Source of the DNA: a virus | Lineage: Duplodnaviria > Caudoviricetes | IMG/VR virus record: IMGVR_UViG_3300033121_000983 | Span: 32,001 to 96,000 of that record | DNA: 64,000 bases | Direction: 5' to 3' (one strand) | Shown here: piece after piece, positions 34,864 to 44,878 of the stretch | How the letters are laid out: each line of letters opens with the position of its first letter | Position numbering within the stretch: the first letter of the stretch is position 1 | Position numbers and translations under genes: made by a program | Notes under the pieces: generated by a model | What the model saw: only the letters and a program-made list of their open reading frames with translations | What the model was told of the DNA's origin: nothing | The model's database searches: none

Positions 34864-36528
34864 TTATGTTTCTGGAACCTCAACAGTCGCGACAGTGATA
34901 CTGACGTCCCGCGAGTCCAGGAAAAAGGCTACCGTCTTGCCGGTTGTCATACTGCCGGGGTCGTTAGGCACCACCAGCATGTCGCGCGATGACGAAGTCA
35001 CCACCGTACCGTCCGGCTGCCGCAGCGTACCCACCAACAGCATTGCTGCGATCGCGGAATTGCGCGGCAGGTACGACTGTACAAGCTCTGCAAGGATAGA
35101 CGCGGGCAGTCGACCTGTGAAACTGAATTGTCCATTTACCAGATCCGCCAGCGCTGTCGCCACGGTCTCGGTGTCGACCTCGGCTTCGGCGTTTTCCGGC
35201 AACTCCAGGCTGATACCGAGCTGCACGAAACACGGCACGGGTGCGCGCACCAGCACGTCAGCGGCCGCGTGCACGCGGCTGAGTTGCGTTACGTAGTCAC
35301 TGATGTCCGCGATCAGTGGCATCGACCGCAACACGCAGTCGTAGTCGCGCGTTGTACCGATGTCGTCGGCGGTCACAGGTGTGTCAACATCGGCAAACTG
35401 CAGCACGATAGTCTGGAACCGACTATACGCAGCCTCAGCAGCGTCTGTGATATCTGGCAACCGAGCCCCGTCAATTGCCGACAGATCAATGCCGCGCGTG
35501 TCGCTGACGACAGCGTAAGTGCCTTCGGTTGTGGCCTCGGTGCCTTCCTGCACGATGCGCGGCACGTCGTACACACCTGCGGCTTCGTCGCGCGTAAACG
35601 TTAGCTGCCAAATCCCGTTGCCGGCAGAGTTACGGCTCACCAGTGTCGCCGTTTTGGTGCTGGACGTCAGACGCGCGTTGCTCTGTGTGCGAATGTACCA
35701 ATCTACGCGACCGCCGGTTGCGCCAGGCCAAAGGGCATGCCGGTCGCGCAGCATCTCAGCGTCACCGAACCCGATGATGGATGACGCTACACACCCCGCG
35801 AAATCGGGCTGCGCCAGCAACAGCGCACGCATGGACGGGCGATCGGACAGTGTCTGCGAGGCGACGCCGGTGAGCAGGCGCTCGATTAACGATGCATTCG
35901 ACTCGCCGTCCGTTCCGCCTGTAAAGTCGGCAGACGCGAATGACTTCACATAATTCAACGGCGGTGACGCCAGCGTCAACAGCGTGTCTTTAGCCAGCAA
36001 CCCCGCGGCTCCGGGCTCTTCATCGGTCACGTCGATCGTGAACGCGTAGTTGCCGTCTGGCAGCGGCGTCAGCACTTTATCAGAGTCGGATTGCCGTAAT
36101 GACGACGCTGTGCGCGCGACAAATGCGCGAGTAGGCACGAATGTTCGGCCGTTTGCCGAAAACACCGCGCCTGCGGGAATCACAACTGTCTGCAGCGCAG
36201 ACACAACGATCGTCAGCGGACCACTGGCGTTTGCACCGGCGCGCCGCGTTAGGCGGAAATTTGCCGCAACGTTATCGACGATGTCATCGTCAGCCAGCGT
36301 AGGATCTGCTGCGATGTAGGCGAGTGATTGCGACCGCTGGAGTCGCGTAAATTCCTCGGCGCGTTTCGCCGCCAGCACGCCCGCCAGGCGCGTCAGTACG
36401 CTGCCCAACGCGCCGCGGCGTGCATCGACTTCCGGCGCGTACGCCTCCAGCGTGGCACCGAGCTGCGCGGATAGGCTCTGCACAGTCGCCAGGTCCAGCG
36501 ACAGCAGGTCATCGATCTGAATGGGCAT
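34864..36528 (-). CDS. Baseplate J-like wedge protein
   Basis: LTRRAGANASG, VIPAGAVF, FTGGTDGES and GRVDWY motifs; follows the gp25-like gene. Confidence 0.85.
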   Translation of the reverse strand: MPIQIDDLLSLDLATVQSLSAQLGATLEAYAPEVDARRGALGSVLTRLAGVLAAKRAEEFTRLQRSQSLAYIAADPTLADDDIVDNVAANFRLTRRAGANASGPLTIVVSALQTVVIPAGAVFSANGRTFVPTRAFVARTASSLRQSDSDKVLTPLPDGNYAFTIDVTDEEPGAAGLLAKDTLLTLASPPLNYVKSFASADFTGGTDGESNASLIERLLTGVASQTLSDRPSMRALLLAQPDFAGCVASSIIGFGDAEMLRDRHALWPGATGGRVDWYIRTQSNARLTSSTKTATLVSRNSAGNGIWQLTFTRDEAAGVYDVPRIVQEGTEATTEGTYAVVSDTRGIDLSAIDGARLPDITDAAEAAYSRFQTIVLQFADVDTPVTADDIGTTRDYDCVLRSMPLIADISDYVTQLSRVHAAADVLVRAPVPCFVQLGISLELPENAEAEVDTETVATALADLVNGQFSFTGRLPASILAELVQSYLPRNSAIAAMLLVGTLRQPDGTVVTSSSRDMLVVPNDPGSMTTGKTVAFFLDSRDVSITVATVEVPET

Positions 36529-36536
36529 GGAACATC

Positions 36537-37025
36537 TCACACCGTGCCAAGGGAGAAATTAGCAGGCAGCAAGTATACCGCAGATGCCCCGGCCTGTGAT
36601 GTGACTGTGAACGTCACGCCGGCGTAATCGCCGGAAAACAGCACGTTCTGCGACTGAATCTGCGCCAAACGCTCATCGGCGGGATCCGTTTCCAGCTCTT
36701 CGTTGACCAGATTACGCGCTGCTCGCTGCGCTGCTCGGGTGAATGCCGACAACAGCCCGGCAGGCGTGCGCACCGCACCGCTGCGTAATTCGGTCAAATA
36801 GCCGGTACCGCGCTCGGGAAAGTAAGGCTCCGACCCGGCATCCTGCAGAAGCTCCAGGAACACGCGCTGCGCCAGCTTTTGCAGACCGGCTGTGATAGTC
36901 CCACCGGTCGCCGGGAGCGCCAACGCCAGCGCGACTTCCTGCGGCATATCGGTGACGTTGATATCCCGCGGGTGCAGCACAAGCAGATCGACCTGGCGAC
37001 CGATGTAGTCGTTTGCTGAAACCAT
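36537..37025 (-). CDS. gp25/GPW-like baseplate wedge (sheath initiator)
   Basis: GLQKLAQ...LL...GS...PERGT pattern; lies upstream of baseplate J. Confidence 0.75.
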   Translation of the reverse strand: MVSANDYIGRQVDLLVLHPRDINVTDMPQEVALALALPATGGTITAGLQKLAQRVFLELLQDAGSEPYFPERGTGYLTELRSGAVRTPAGLLSAFTRAAQRAARNLVNEELETDPADERLAQIQSQNVLFSGDYAGVTFTVTSQAGASAVYLLPANFSLGTV

Positions 37026-37534
37026 TAGTTACCGCCGGCGGCAGATGCCGCGAGTTTGAGGTTAGCGACGTAATCGGCAATGCCGCGATCAAGCACACCG
37101 CCACTCACGGCATGCGCTTCCTGGCGTGCTGCGGCGTGAGCGGCGGCACGGCAATAGGGCAGCGTTGCACTGAAGTAACTACGTTCCACGGCCTGAAGAA
37201 ACTCCAGCTGACTCTGTAACACCGCCAGATCGGCAACCGTCCCGCGCGGTTTCGACGGCTGTACGTTCGCTGGCTCCAGTGCGGACACCGGTCCGTCCCC
37301 GGTTTCCAGCTGTCCGACAATCGCCAGCATTTGATCGTGCAGGGTTTGCCGGTTGAAAGCTGCTGCAATCGACGCGGGATCGCGCAAGTCGAGCGCATCA
37401 CCGGCCTCACCTGTTGGCTGAAACCATTGCGGGCGCGCGTTGCCTTCAACTCCGTTGTAGGCGGCCTGTGCGTACGCCCGCAGTGCGTCAACTAGCGCGG
37501 TAAACTCATCAGTGACTGTAGCGACTGAACTCAT
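37025..37534 (-). CDS. Hypothetical protein
   Basis: 169 aa; overlaps both neighbours. Confidence 0.65.
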   Translation of the reverse strand: MSSVATVTDEFTALVDALRAYAQAAYNGVEGNARPQWFQPTGEAGDALDLRDPASIAAAFNRQTLHDQMLAIVGQLETGDGPVSALEPANVQPSKPRGTVADLAVLQSQLEFLQAVERSYFSATLPYCRAAAHAAARQEAHAVSGGVLDRGIADYVANLKLAASAAGGN

Positions 37535-38298
37535 GAAAACGCCTGAAGTTGTGCAGCTTCGGTCAATAGTTCCTGGATCTTGGCTTTACGTTGCGAAATC
37601 GCGCCAGGCGACAGATTCAGACGACGCGCGATCTCGCGGTTCTCAAGTCGCGGCTGTCCGTTCCAGCCGAGTGTCCATTCGAAGATTTTCTGATTGATCG
37701 GGTTGAGATCAGCGTAGACGACCTGGTGCATGGCGTGCTGCATCCGCCGGCCGCTCGCGCCTGGTTGATACGTCGCCGGATCGTATGACGATGATTCGTC
37801 GTCGCCGCTGTTGTCGGCAAACATCCCTTCACTGGCCGGCAACACCGCGGCGCGGATTTTCTGCAGACGCCGCGGGGCGATGCCGGTGTAATCGCTCAGT
37901 TCTTCGTCCGTCGGCTCCCGCCCGTATGTATCTTCCAGGTCGGCAGACGCACGCATCAGATGCTGACGCGACAGGGAGACCTGCTCGGGGACGCGCAACA
38001 CCTGCTGCCGTTGTCGTTCATAGCGCCGCATGCTCTGCAGATTGCTGATTACGTGCGTAGACAGTTTCGCGCGTGATGGATCGTATGACGACAATGCGCC
38101 GAGGGCGATGCGTCGCGCGTGGCCGACCGCTGTAGGACTACGGTCGTTACCAGCGTGCATCGCCAGTCCGGTGTCGATCGTCGGCCGTAGCGCGCGCAGT
38201 AACGCGCCGGTCGACGCCGGTGACGGCGTCTGTTTCCAGGCGTTAAAGAGCGACTCGTATTCGGGCTCGAGCATCGATTTTGGCGGCGACGTAGGCAT
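37531..38298 (-). CDS. RNA polymerase sigma-70 family factor (FliA/SigB-like; candidate late sigma)
   Basis: Region 2 YDPSRAKLSTHV, region 3 GREPTDEELS and region 4 HTH EIARRLNLSPGAISQ. Confidence 0.88.
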   Translation of the reverse strand: MPTSPPKSMLEPEYESLFNAWKQTPSPASTGALLRALRPTIDTGLAMHAGNDRSPTAVGHARRIALGALSSYDPSRAKLSTHVISNLQSMRRYERQRQQVLRVPEQVSLSRQHLMRASADLEDTYGREPTDEELSDYTGIAPRRLQKIRAAVLPASEGMFADNSGDDESSSYDPATYQPGASGRRMQHAMHQVVYADLNPINQKIFEWTLGWNGQPRLENREIARRLNLSPGAISQRKAKIQELLTEAAQLQAFS

Positions 38299-38301
38299 GA
38301 T

Positions 38302-39933
38302 TTACTCGAAATTGAGTGCTTCGATCAGCGGCGCACCTGTAAATAGTTTATCGTAAATAGCGTGCGTGTCGCTCGAAAATCGCGCATCTTCGTTTTCAGC
38401 AACTGTGCGCAGGTGCGAAAGTTCGTACGTCGTCTCGGCGGTCTTCGTTTCGACGTTGATACTGATCGTCAGGCCCACAACGTAGGCGACGTAGCTTTCC
38501 AGCACATCGTCAGGTGCTGCTGGTTTTTCACGCGGGATCAGCTCCACCGTCGAGCCTGGGCAGATATCGAACCGCAACGGCCCGCTGATACGGCAGTGAG
38601 CGCTGCGCAACGCTTCGGTGTAATACACCCACTCCGCGTAGCGCCGGTAGTAGTCACTCTCTGTAGCGCTTGCCGCACGTCGTCGTTCCGCTGCGCCGGA
38701 GTCTGGAGTACGCGGCAGCGACGTCGCGCTGCCGCGCCCGTTAACCGACATGCTCGTGTCTGTCGGCCGCGCCAACGACAATGCCAGCCCGGACATCCAC
38801 TGCGGAGCCACTGTGTGCATCAGCAACCCAGCGCTGGCTTTTTCTGGTAAGAAGCACGCACCCGGTACTGCGACGTCTCCGGACGTCAGACCGCTGCGGT
38901 CGCTACCTTGTGCAAACGCCAGCACGCCGCGTAGCGGGCGGCGAGAGCCGCGGAACGTCTGCAGCGACTGCATGTCGTCGTAGTACATCGACTTCCACGT
39001 CGAGCGACACGCCAACTGCTGCGGAACGATGAGCGTGTCTTCAACACGAGGGATGACGCTGAACATCAGCCCGGGCGCCAGTTCACCGACCAGCTTCTCC
39101 CACAGCGAACTGGTAACGATCGTTTCGTTGATACGGCCCTGCAACCAGGCCATCAGTTTGCCTGCCAATGCACCAGCGCTATCGACTACGCCCAAGGCTA
39201 GCGGTACCGCACGCTCGCTACTCGCCATGCGTTTCAACGCTTCAGCGGCCGCAGCGTTGCCAGTAGTGATCTGCTCGCCGCAGACCGAATTGACCTCTGA
39301 TAGCCAGACGGAATTCTCGGCAGTCATCTGCAGAAACAACGGCTGGATTGCCTTCGCCCACACATCGCTGCCGACGTTGAGCGGATCTAGCAACATGGCT
39401 TCTGCGTAGTTATCGGCAATGAATGCCGACTGAGTCAAACCGCTGGAGTTACCGAAGACGGCCCGGAACGTCGCCTCAGTTGCGCCGCCAGGGTGAGTGG
39501 CGCCGCTAAGCGCAGACGCGCTGTCGACCTGATGTAGCCAGTGAATCAGCTGCAATGAGACGCTGAGCTGCTTATTCGTGCGTGTGTGACCGCGTCCGAT
39601 GATGGCACCTTCGAATAGCACAATGTCGGTGTCCGGCCATGTGCCAGACGGCACCGCATCACCCGTCAGACGCATCAGCACCTTAGCGGACTGGAGCATC
39701 GTCGACACTTCGCCGACACCAGCGACGTTGCTACGCGGAGAAGGCAGCTCCAGGCGTTTACCTGTCTCCGCGTTAACACCAACGGGAATTGCAACTGTGC
39801 ACGCGGGGATCGTGTTCTGCACGAACGATGTCGTCACGCTGCTGATCGGGTAGTCGGTATCGTCGATACGCAACCACAGCCTGGGCATTGTGTGGTAGTA
39901 GCGCGTACCGCCGGTGTTTGGTAGCAACTGCAT
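38302..39933 (-). CDS. Baseplate hub-like protein (gp27/P2 gpD-like)
   Basis: LFEGAI near the N-terminus and GPLRFDICPGSTVEL near the C-terminus; synteny after the tape measure. Confidence 0.6.
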   Translation of the reverse strand: MQLLPNTGGTRYYHTMPRLWLRIDDTDYPISSVTTSFVQNTIPACTVAIPVGVNAETGKRLELPSPRSNVAGVGEVSTMLQSAKVLMRLTGDAVPSGTWPDTDIVLFEGAIIGRGHTRTNKQLSVSLQLIHWLHQVDSASALSGATHPGGATEATFRAVFGNSSGLTQSAFIADNYAEAMLLDPLNVGSDVWAKAIQPLFLQMTAENSVWLSEVNSVCGEQITTGNAAAAEALKRMASSERAVPLALGVVDSAGALAGKLMAWLQGRINETIVTSSLWEKLVGELAPGLMFSVIPRVEDTLIVPQQLACRSTWKSMYYDDMQSLQTFRGSRRPLRGVLAFAQGSDRSGLTSGDVAVPGACFLPEKASAGLLMHTVAPQWMSGLALSLARPTDTSMSVNGRGSATSLPRTPDSGAAERRRAASATESDYYRRYAEWVYYTEALRSAHCRISGPLRFDICPGSTVELIPREKPAAPDDVLESYVAYVVGLTISINVETKTAETTYELSHLRTVAENEDARFSSDTHAIYDKLFTGAPLIEALNFE

Positions 39934-39937
39934 CGAG

Positions 39938-40711
39938 TTAGCTTTCGTAGGTACGTAGCGCCAACGCAATAGTGGCTGCAGCTACTCGATCAAAGGGAGT
40001 TTCAGGCGCTGACCAAGCCGTGAATAGCGTATCGTACGGTGCCAACGGTGTCACCCGCGGGCTTGCACCGCGAATCAGCTCGGTGACCGCCAAGCCGGCA
40101 TCGTCTAGTGCGGTTGCAAGATCGGTAATCGTTGCGGTTGGACGATAGGTGAGATCAAAGATCCATGACGTACCCTCTTCGTCCGGCACGAGCATCGCGT
40201 AGGCACCCGGCGGCGCAGATACGCTGATGGTCCCGCCAGACGCAGCAGGCTTAGGCAACGTAATATCTGAGCGTGAAGCCGACAGCCAGCGCCAGGTCAC
40301 AGTAGATGCGCCGATAGTCAGGCGCAGTTTGTGTCGTGTCACACCGCTGGCATCTACGTCGTACGCAGGCGTCTCCGAGTTGACGATTGTCACACGGTCG
40401 TCGACTGTCACGAGTGCTGCGCCGAAGACATCCGGAAACGCGCGCGCCAGTAACGCGTCGTATGTAATTCGCGAGTCGTCGCGAGTTTCAAACGCAGCCA
40501 GCGTTGAGACGCGCACAACCTTCAGCAACTGGTACAGACGAAAATTCATCAGCAGCCGGTCCGGTGCGCTGCCGAAAAGCGCATTACGCACGGTCACTGC
40601 GTGCCCGTTAACGCTTTTCACCGTGTATGCAGGCGGCACGTAAGCGTCGCCGGCGTCGGTCAATTCCGTTGCGGCGCGGTTCAGCAGCAGTGTGCGGATG
40701 TGGTTAATCAC
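39938..40711 (-). CDS. Hypothetical baseplate-region protein
   Basis: 257 aa, coupled to neighbours. Confidence 0.65.
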   Translation of the reverse strand: MINHIRTLLLNRAATELTDAGDAYVPPAYTVKSVNGHAVTVRNALFGSAPDRLLMNFRLYQLLKVVRVSTLAAFETRDDSRITYDALLARAFPDVFGAALVTVDDRVTIVNSETPAYDVDASGVTRHKLRLTIGASTVTWRWLSASRSDITLPKPAASGGTISVSAPPGAYAMLVPDEEGTSWIFDLTYRPTATITDLATALDDAGLAVTELIRGASPRVTPLAPYDTLFTAWSAPETPFDRVAAATIALALRTYES

Positions 40712-41232
40712 GGCAGCAGCATCCAGCTAAGCGAAAACTCGATCAGACGCATACCAGCGTTTGAATAGTTCCAGCGCAACTCGATCAGGAATGCGTCCTT
40801 GACCAACGTGGGCTGAAGTGTGACCTGCACGGGTTTGTCGTAAACCCCTTGGTTGTACTTGTTGAAGAACTCTACTAGCGTTCGCAGACCGGCAGAGTTC
40901 GTAGTAACTGGCGACAGCGCACTCGCTGGTGTTTCTGCCTGCTCCTGGCACAACTCGGAGAACGCGACACCGGAAAAGGACAGCGCTCCAGGCTGCCGTC
41001 CGAAGCCGTACGAAAACAGCGAATTACCGAGGGAACCGTTGGTTTGCGCAGAAGCCTGTAGGGCGCCGTTGCCTCCCGTGATAATGATGCCTGTGCGTTC
41101 CGGCGGGTGATCAGCATCAGCCAGGTTGGTGATTTCCACGTAGCGTGGCAGTACCTCGCCATTGCCGAGGTCCAGCAGCGCGACCTTACCGGCAGTGATG
41201 TCTCCATTGGCATCTCCGAAGATGTATGACAT
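40708..41232 (-). CDS. Tail-tube-initiator-like protein
   Basis: Directly after the tape measure; tube-like beta pattern YGFG..PGALSFSG. Confidence 0.5.
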   Translation of the reverse strand: MSYIFGDANGDITAGKVALLDLGNGEVLPRYVEITNLADADHPPERTGIIITGGNGALQASAQTNGSLGNSLFSYGFGRQPGALSFSGVAFSELCQEQAETPASALSPVTTNSAGLRTLVEFFNKYNQGVYDKPVQVTLQPTLVKDAFLIELRWNYSNAGMRLIEFSLSWMLLP

Positions 41233-44200
41233 TACGCTGTTCCCCGCGCCATGCTGGCTGTCGACTTTCCGCTCATCTCCAGCGTCGATGTGCCGTCGCG
41301 TTTGATGTGCAGGTTGGCTACTTCGACTTTCATGTTCATTTCACTGGATGCAGCCGCGTCGGCGGTGCTGGCTACCGTATCGTCCAGCAACTTCTGCAGG
41401 TTGCGACGGCGCGGGTCTTCGACGCCCAGCTTGTCCGCAGAGTCGCGCAGGTTGAAGAACTCGGCGTCGATATCCTTGTGCTTCTCGCGGTGTGTTTCCG
41501 CGTTATCGCCCCACACCCCCCAAGTCCGTTTCTCGCGTAGTTTGTAATTTTCGTCAACCACCTTGGAGATATGCTCCAGCCGTCGCGCCGCCCCGTCAGT
41601 TCCGCGCAGGCGTGCGTATGCGGCATCGCCGCCTACTTGGTCGACGATTTCAGCATGCGTCATGCCGCTGCGTCCGTACAACGTGCGGATCGCGTTATCC
41701 AGCGTCTCGCCGGCGCGCCCATTCAATTTGTCGCGAGCTTCTTTAGCCGCGTCGAGCTCCGTATCGTTTACGGTCCCGCCGCGTTCGGTGTTAGAGTGTG
41801 CCCACTCAGCAGCTGCTCGGCGCTCCTGGCGTAGCGTACGAAGCTCGGCCATCACAGCACGTTTATCGGCGTCACTACCCGACTTAAAGTCGCCGCTCAT
41901 CAACTTACCGAGATCCCCGCCCGCGTGTTGTCGCGCTAGTGCGGCAATCCTGTCGGTTGTCGTTTGCAGCGTGTCGGCGTGTGTGACCGCCTGTGTTCCC
42001 AGTCGTTTCAGTGTATCGTCACTCAGCAGCCCGGAAACCAGCGCATGCGCAGATGCCTGCTCGGCGGCGATACCAGCGGCAATACCTTCTGTGTCTTTCC
42101 CTTTCAGTGCGCTGTCCAGGTAATTGCTTTCACGCAGCATACGGCCGATTTCGACCTGCGTGACCGGCGCAGAGCGCGTTAGCCCGGCTTCTTCGCCCAG
42201 CTCGCCCAGCGTACGAATCGACGTCTCGAGCGCAGTCGCTGATGCCTGGTACTGGGCCTGCAGTTCGGCGCGACGCTTCGGGTCTTTCTCGTTCATGAAC
42301 GCTGCTTGTGCGGCGTCGAACTTCTCGCGCAGTTCGCGCAGCTTGCTCGCCTCTCCGCCCAGCTTTTTCTGCATTTCTGCCGTCGGCGTGAAGCCAAGCG
42401 TCTTCGCCAGCAGCCGCTCGACAGGTCGATCGTCCGCATCATCGACGTCCATCAGTCCCTGCGCGAATCGCTGCAACGCGGTACCGCGCCCCAGCCCGGC
42501 GAGCTGCTGTTGAATCCGACCCTCGATCGCTGCCGACTGCTCTTCCTGCGCTGCACGTGCGGCTAGGCGTGGGTCGTTAATCGACAATGCCGTCAGCAGA
42601 CCCATGCCAATGCGCTGCCGAGCTTGCACGTCAGCAGCACCGAAGCTCTGCATGGCTACGCCGGTCAGAAACTCTTGCGCACCAGGCGCAGCCAGCATCT
42701 GACGGCCTTCAGGCGTGGCGGCTAGCGCTGCTTGCACGGCGTTACGCATGATCGCGTTGCGATCGTCGGCGTTCTTTCGCTCGGCGTCCGACATACCAAA
42801 CAAGCTATCGGCTGCGGCGTCTCGTGTTTGTTCGATCAGCCGCTGCCGGGTAGCGTCATCGACTGTTACACCCGCCCGCCGTAACTGCGCTTCGACCGAT
42901 CCGCCCAGCGGCACTTCCATCGCACGTTCAGAAATCTTGCGCAGTTGTTGCGGCTGCAGCACGCGTTGCGTGTAACCGGCAGCACCTACGCGCTCCCCGT
43001 ACTCGCGATTGATCGCACGCTGCTCCAGCATCGCTCCAAGCTGCCCGGCCGTTAGCGCACCACCGCTGCTATCTAGCAGCATTTTGATAAATTGGTCTTC
43101 GGTCAGATTAGTCGAGACCGTGGCGCCGTTCCGTTGGAACGAGCCGACACCGCTGCTAACCGCCTTGAGATAGTTCTCGGCGTCGCTGTTTGGCTGAAAC
43201 ACTCCAGTCATTTCTGCACGCAGGCGCTCGGCTAGCCCGATCATGTTTGCAGCGGGACTACGCGTCGCTTCTAGCGTTAGGCGTGCGACTTGCTCCTGCT
43301 GGAACTGCAAATCTGCGACGTCCCAGCCGCGGTTCGCGCCGTAGCCCAGGCCTTGGTATGCGTTACGAAACGCGAGTGCGTTCCGCACGGCTTCTGGCGC
43401 TGCGGTCGCACCGAGACCCAGCGCAGCCGCTGTCTGCTGCGCTGAGTTCGACATACCGGCTAGTTCTGGTAGCGCAATTCCCGACTGCCGCGCCAGGTTG
43501 GCCGTGGTGCGTAACTGGTTTGCCAGCCGCGATGGATCAGCGACTTGATTGGACAACCCACCTGTTAGCGACGTCAGCGCGCCCAATAGCTCCGGGATCG
43601 GCGCATTGGGGTTGCCGTTGTCACCGAAGAGATCGCGGATCGCACTTAGCGTCTCGACATGCTGACGAAGTGTACGCTCGACGCGTGCAGTATCGCCTGC
43701 GCGCAACGCCCCGCTGACACGTGAATCACTGGTCAGCTTCTCCAAGTCGCGTTGCGACATCGAATCGATACCGTCACGCGGGATTTCTACGCCTAATCGG
43801 CGTGCAGCGTCATTCAGAATCTCGTTCGGCAGATCACGGGCGGTGAAGCTGCCTGCCATCTGTCCGCGCAACTGTAGCTCTGCGAACAGCCGCCCAGCCT
43901 GTCCGGCGGTCATTCCGGACATGTTCTGGTAGTTCGAGCCTGCGAACATGTTCGCGTACAGCGTATCGTTAAGCTGCTCCAGCGACCCTTGCTGCATGCC
44001 GCGACCACCCGTCACCGGGTCAGTGCGCATCATGCCGCCGCGAAACAGATACTCCGCCATGACGGTTGGGCTGCCGCGCAGGCCGGAGATTTGATCCAGC
44101 ACGTTTGGAGCCATCTGCGCAAACATCGGCTCCATCGACTGCAGCGTACCCGACAGCTGACGGCTGGCAGCAATCTGATCTGGCCCCCATGGAAGCCCGA

Positions 44201-44489
44201 TTGTCGACGCCAACCCGCGCAGCTGCTGTTCGTAGTTCGCCTGACTGTTGCGCGCCGCTTGCGCCACGAAGCGATCGTGCATTTGCGTCAAGCGCATGCG
44301 GTTTAGCGCGTCGTATGGATTCTGCTGGTCCATGCCGAGCGGCGTCATGCCGAGATTCTGCGCGAGCACAGGCCCGTAACTTTGGGCAGCCATTTGCATG
44401 AGCTGCCCCAGGATGCCGTCCGTACCGGGCATACCCTCGTAGCCGTACCGCGGGCGGTACATGTCGCCAGGCTGCCCGATTTCGCCCAT
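41232..44489 (-). CDS. Tape measure protein
   Basis: 1085 aa, A/G/Q/L-rich and helical; follows the frameshifted chaperone pair. Confidence 0.8.
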   Translation of the reverse strand: MGEIGQPGDMYRPRYGYEGMPGTDGILGQLMQMAAQSYGPVLAQNLGMTPLGMDQQNPYDALNRMRLTQMHDRFVAQAARNSQANYEQQLRGLASTIGLPWGPDQIAASRQLSGTLQSMEPMFAQMAPNVLDQISGLRGSPTVMAEYLFRGGMMRTDPVTGGRGMQQGSLEQLNDTLYANMFAGSNYQNMSGMTAGQAGRLFAELQLRGQMAGSFTARDLPNEILNDAARRLGVEIPRDGIDSMSQRDLEKLTSDSRVSGALRAGDTARVERTLRQHVETLSAIRDLFGDNGNPNAPIPELLGALTSLTGGLSNQVADPSRLANQLRTTANLARQSGIALPELAGMSNSAQQTAAALGLGATAAPEAVRNALAFRNAYQGLGYGANRGWDVADLQFQQEQVARLTLEATRSPAANMIGLAERLRAEMTGVFQPNSDAENYLKAVSSGVGSFQRNGATVSTNLTEDQFIKMLLDSSGGALTAGQLGAMLEQRAINREYGERVGAAGYTQRVLQPQQLRKISERAMEVPLGGSVEAQLRRAGVTVDDATRQRLIEQTRDAAADSLFGMSDAERKNADDRNAIMRNAVQAALAATPEGRQMLAAPGAQEFLTGVAMQSFGAADVQARQRIGMGLLTALSINDPRLAARAAQEEQSAAIEGRIQQQLAGLGRGTALQRFAQGLMDVDDADDRPVERLLAKTLGFTPTAEMQKKLGGEASKLRELREKFDAAQAAFMNEKDPKRRAELQAQYQASATALETSIRTLGELGEEAGLTRSAPVTQVEIGRMLRESNYLDSALKGKDTEGIAAGIAAEQASAHALVSGLLSDDTLKRLGTQAVTHADTLQTTTDRIAALARQHAGGDLGKLMSGDFKSGSDADKRAVMAELRTLRQERRAAAEWAHSNTERGGTVNDTELDAAKEARDKLNGRAGETLDNAIRTLYGRSGMTHAEIVDQVGGDAAYARLRGTDGAARRLEHISKVVDENYKLREKRTWGVWGDNAETHREKHKDIDAEFFNLRDSADKLGVEDPRRRNLQKLLDDTVASTADAAASSEMNMKVEVANLHIKRDGTSTLEMSGKSTASMARGTA

Positions 44490-44878
44490 TACCGCCCCCT
44501 ACGCTGCAGAAACTCGACTGTCCGCGCAATGCGTTCCTGTGTTTCCGGCGAATCAGGATCGCCGAACACAGCGGCCCACGCAGCTTCAGCCTGCGACAAC
44601 TCGTTCCGTACGTTCTTCACAGGCTTTGCGTGCCACGGCGTGACCAATCCGATGAACTCATCGTAACATTCCAGCGCGTTTTTGGTTAGCTGAGGACGGC
44701 TGGCGATCGTTAGCGTCAGTAGTTCCAGCTTACGCTGTTCGAGCTGACGCTCTACTAGCCGTGTCATCAGCCACGCATGCTGTCGCCAGCGCGGATCTGA
44801 TGGATTAGCGGAGCGTGCGTCAATTACTTTCTCGGCGACCGCCAGGGCATACAGATAGCGGCGGCGATCGCCTGTTAA
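44489..44878 (-). CDS. Tail assembly chaperone, C-terminal (T) frame reached by -1 frameshift
   Basis: The -1 frame is open from the GATTTTTAA site through ORF 44489-44767. Confidence 0.75.
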   Translation of the reverse strand, partial: LTGDRRRYLYALAVAEKVIDARSANPSDPRWRQHAWLMTRLVERQLEQRKLELLTLTIASRPQLTKNALECYDEFIGLVTPWHAKPVKNVRNELSQAEAAWAAVFGDPDSPETQERIARTVEFLQRRGR

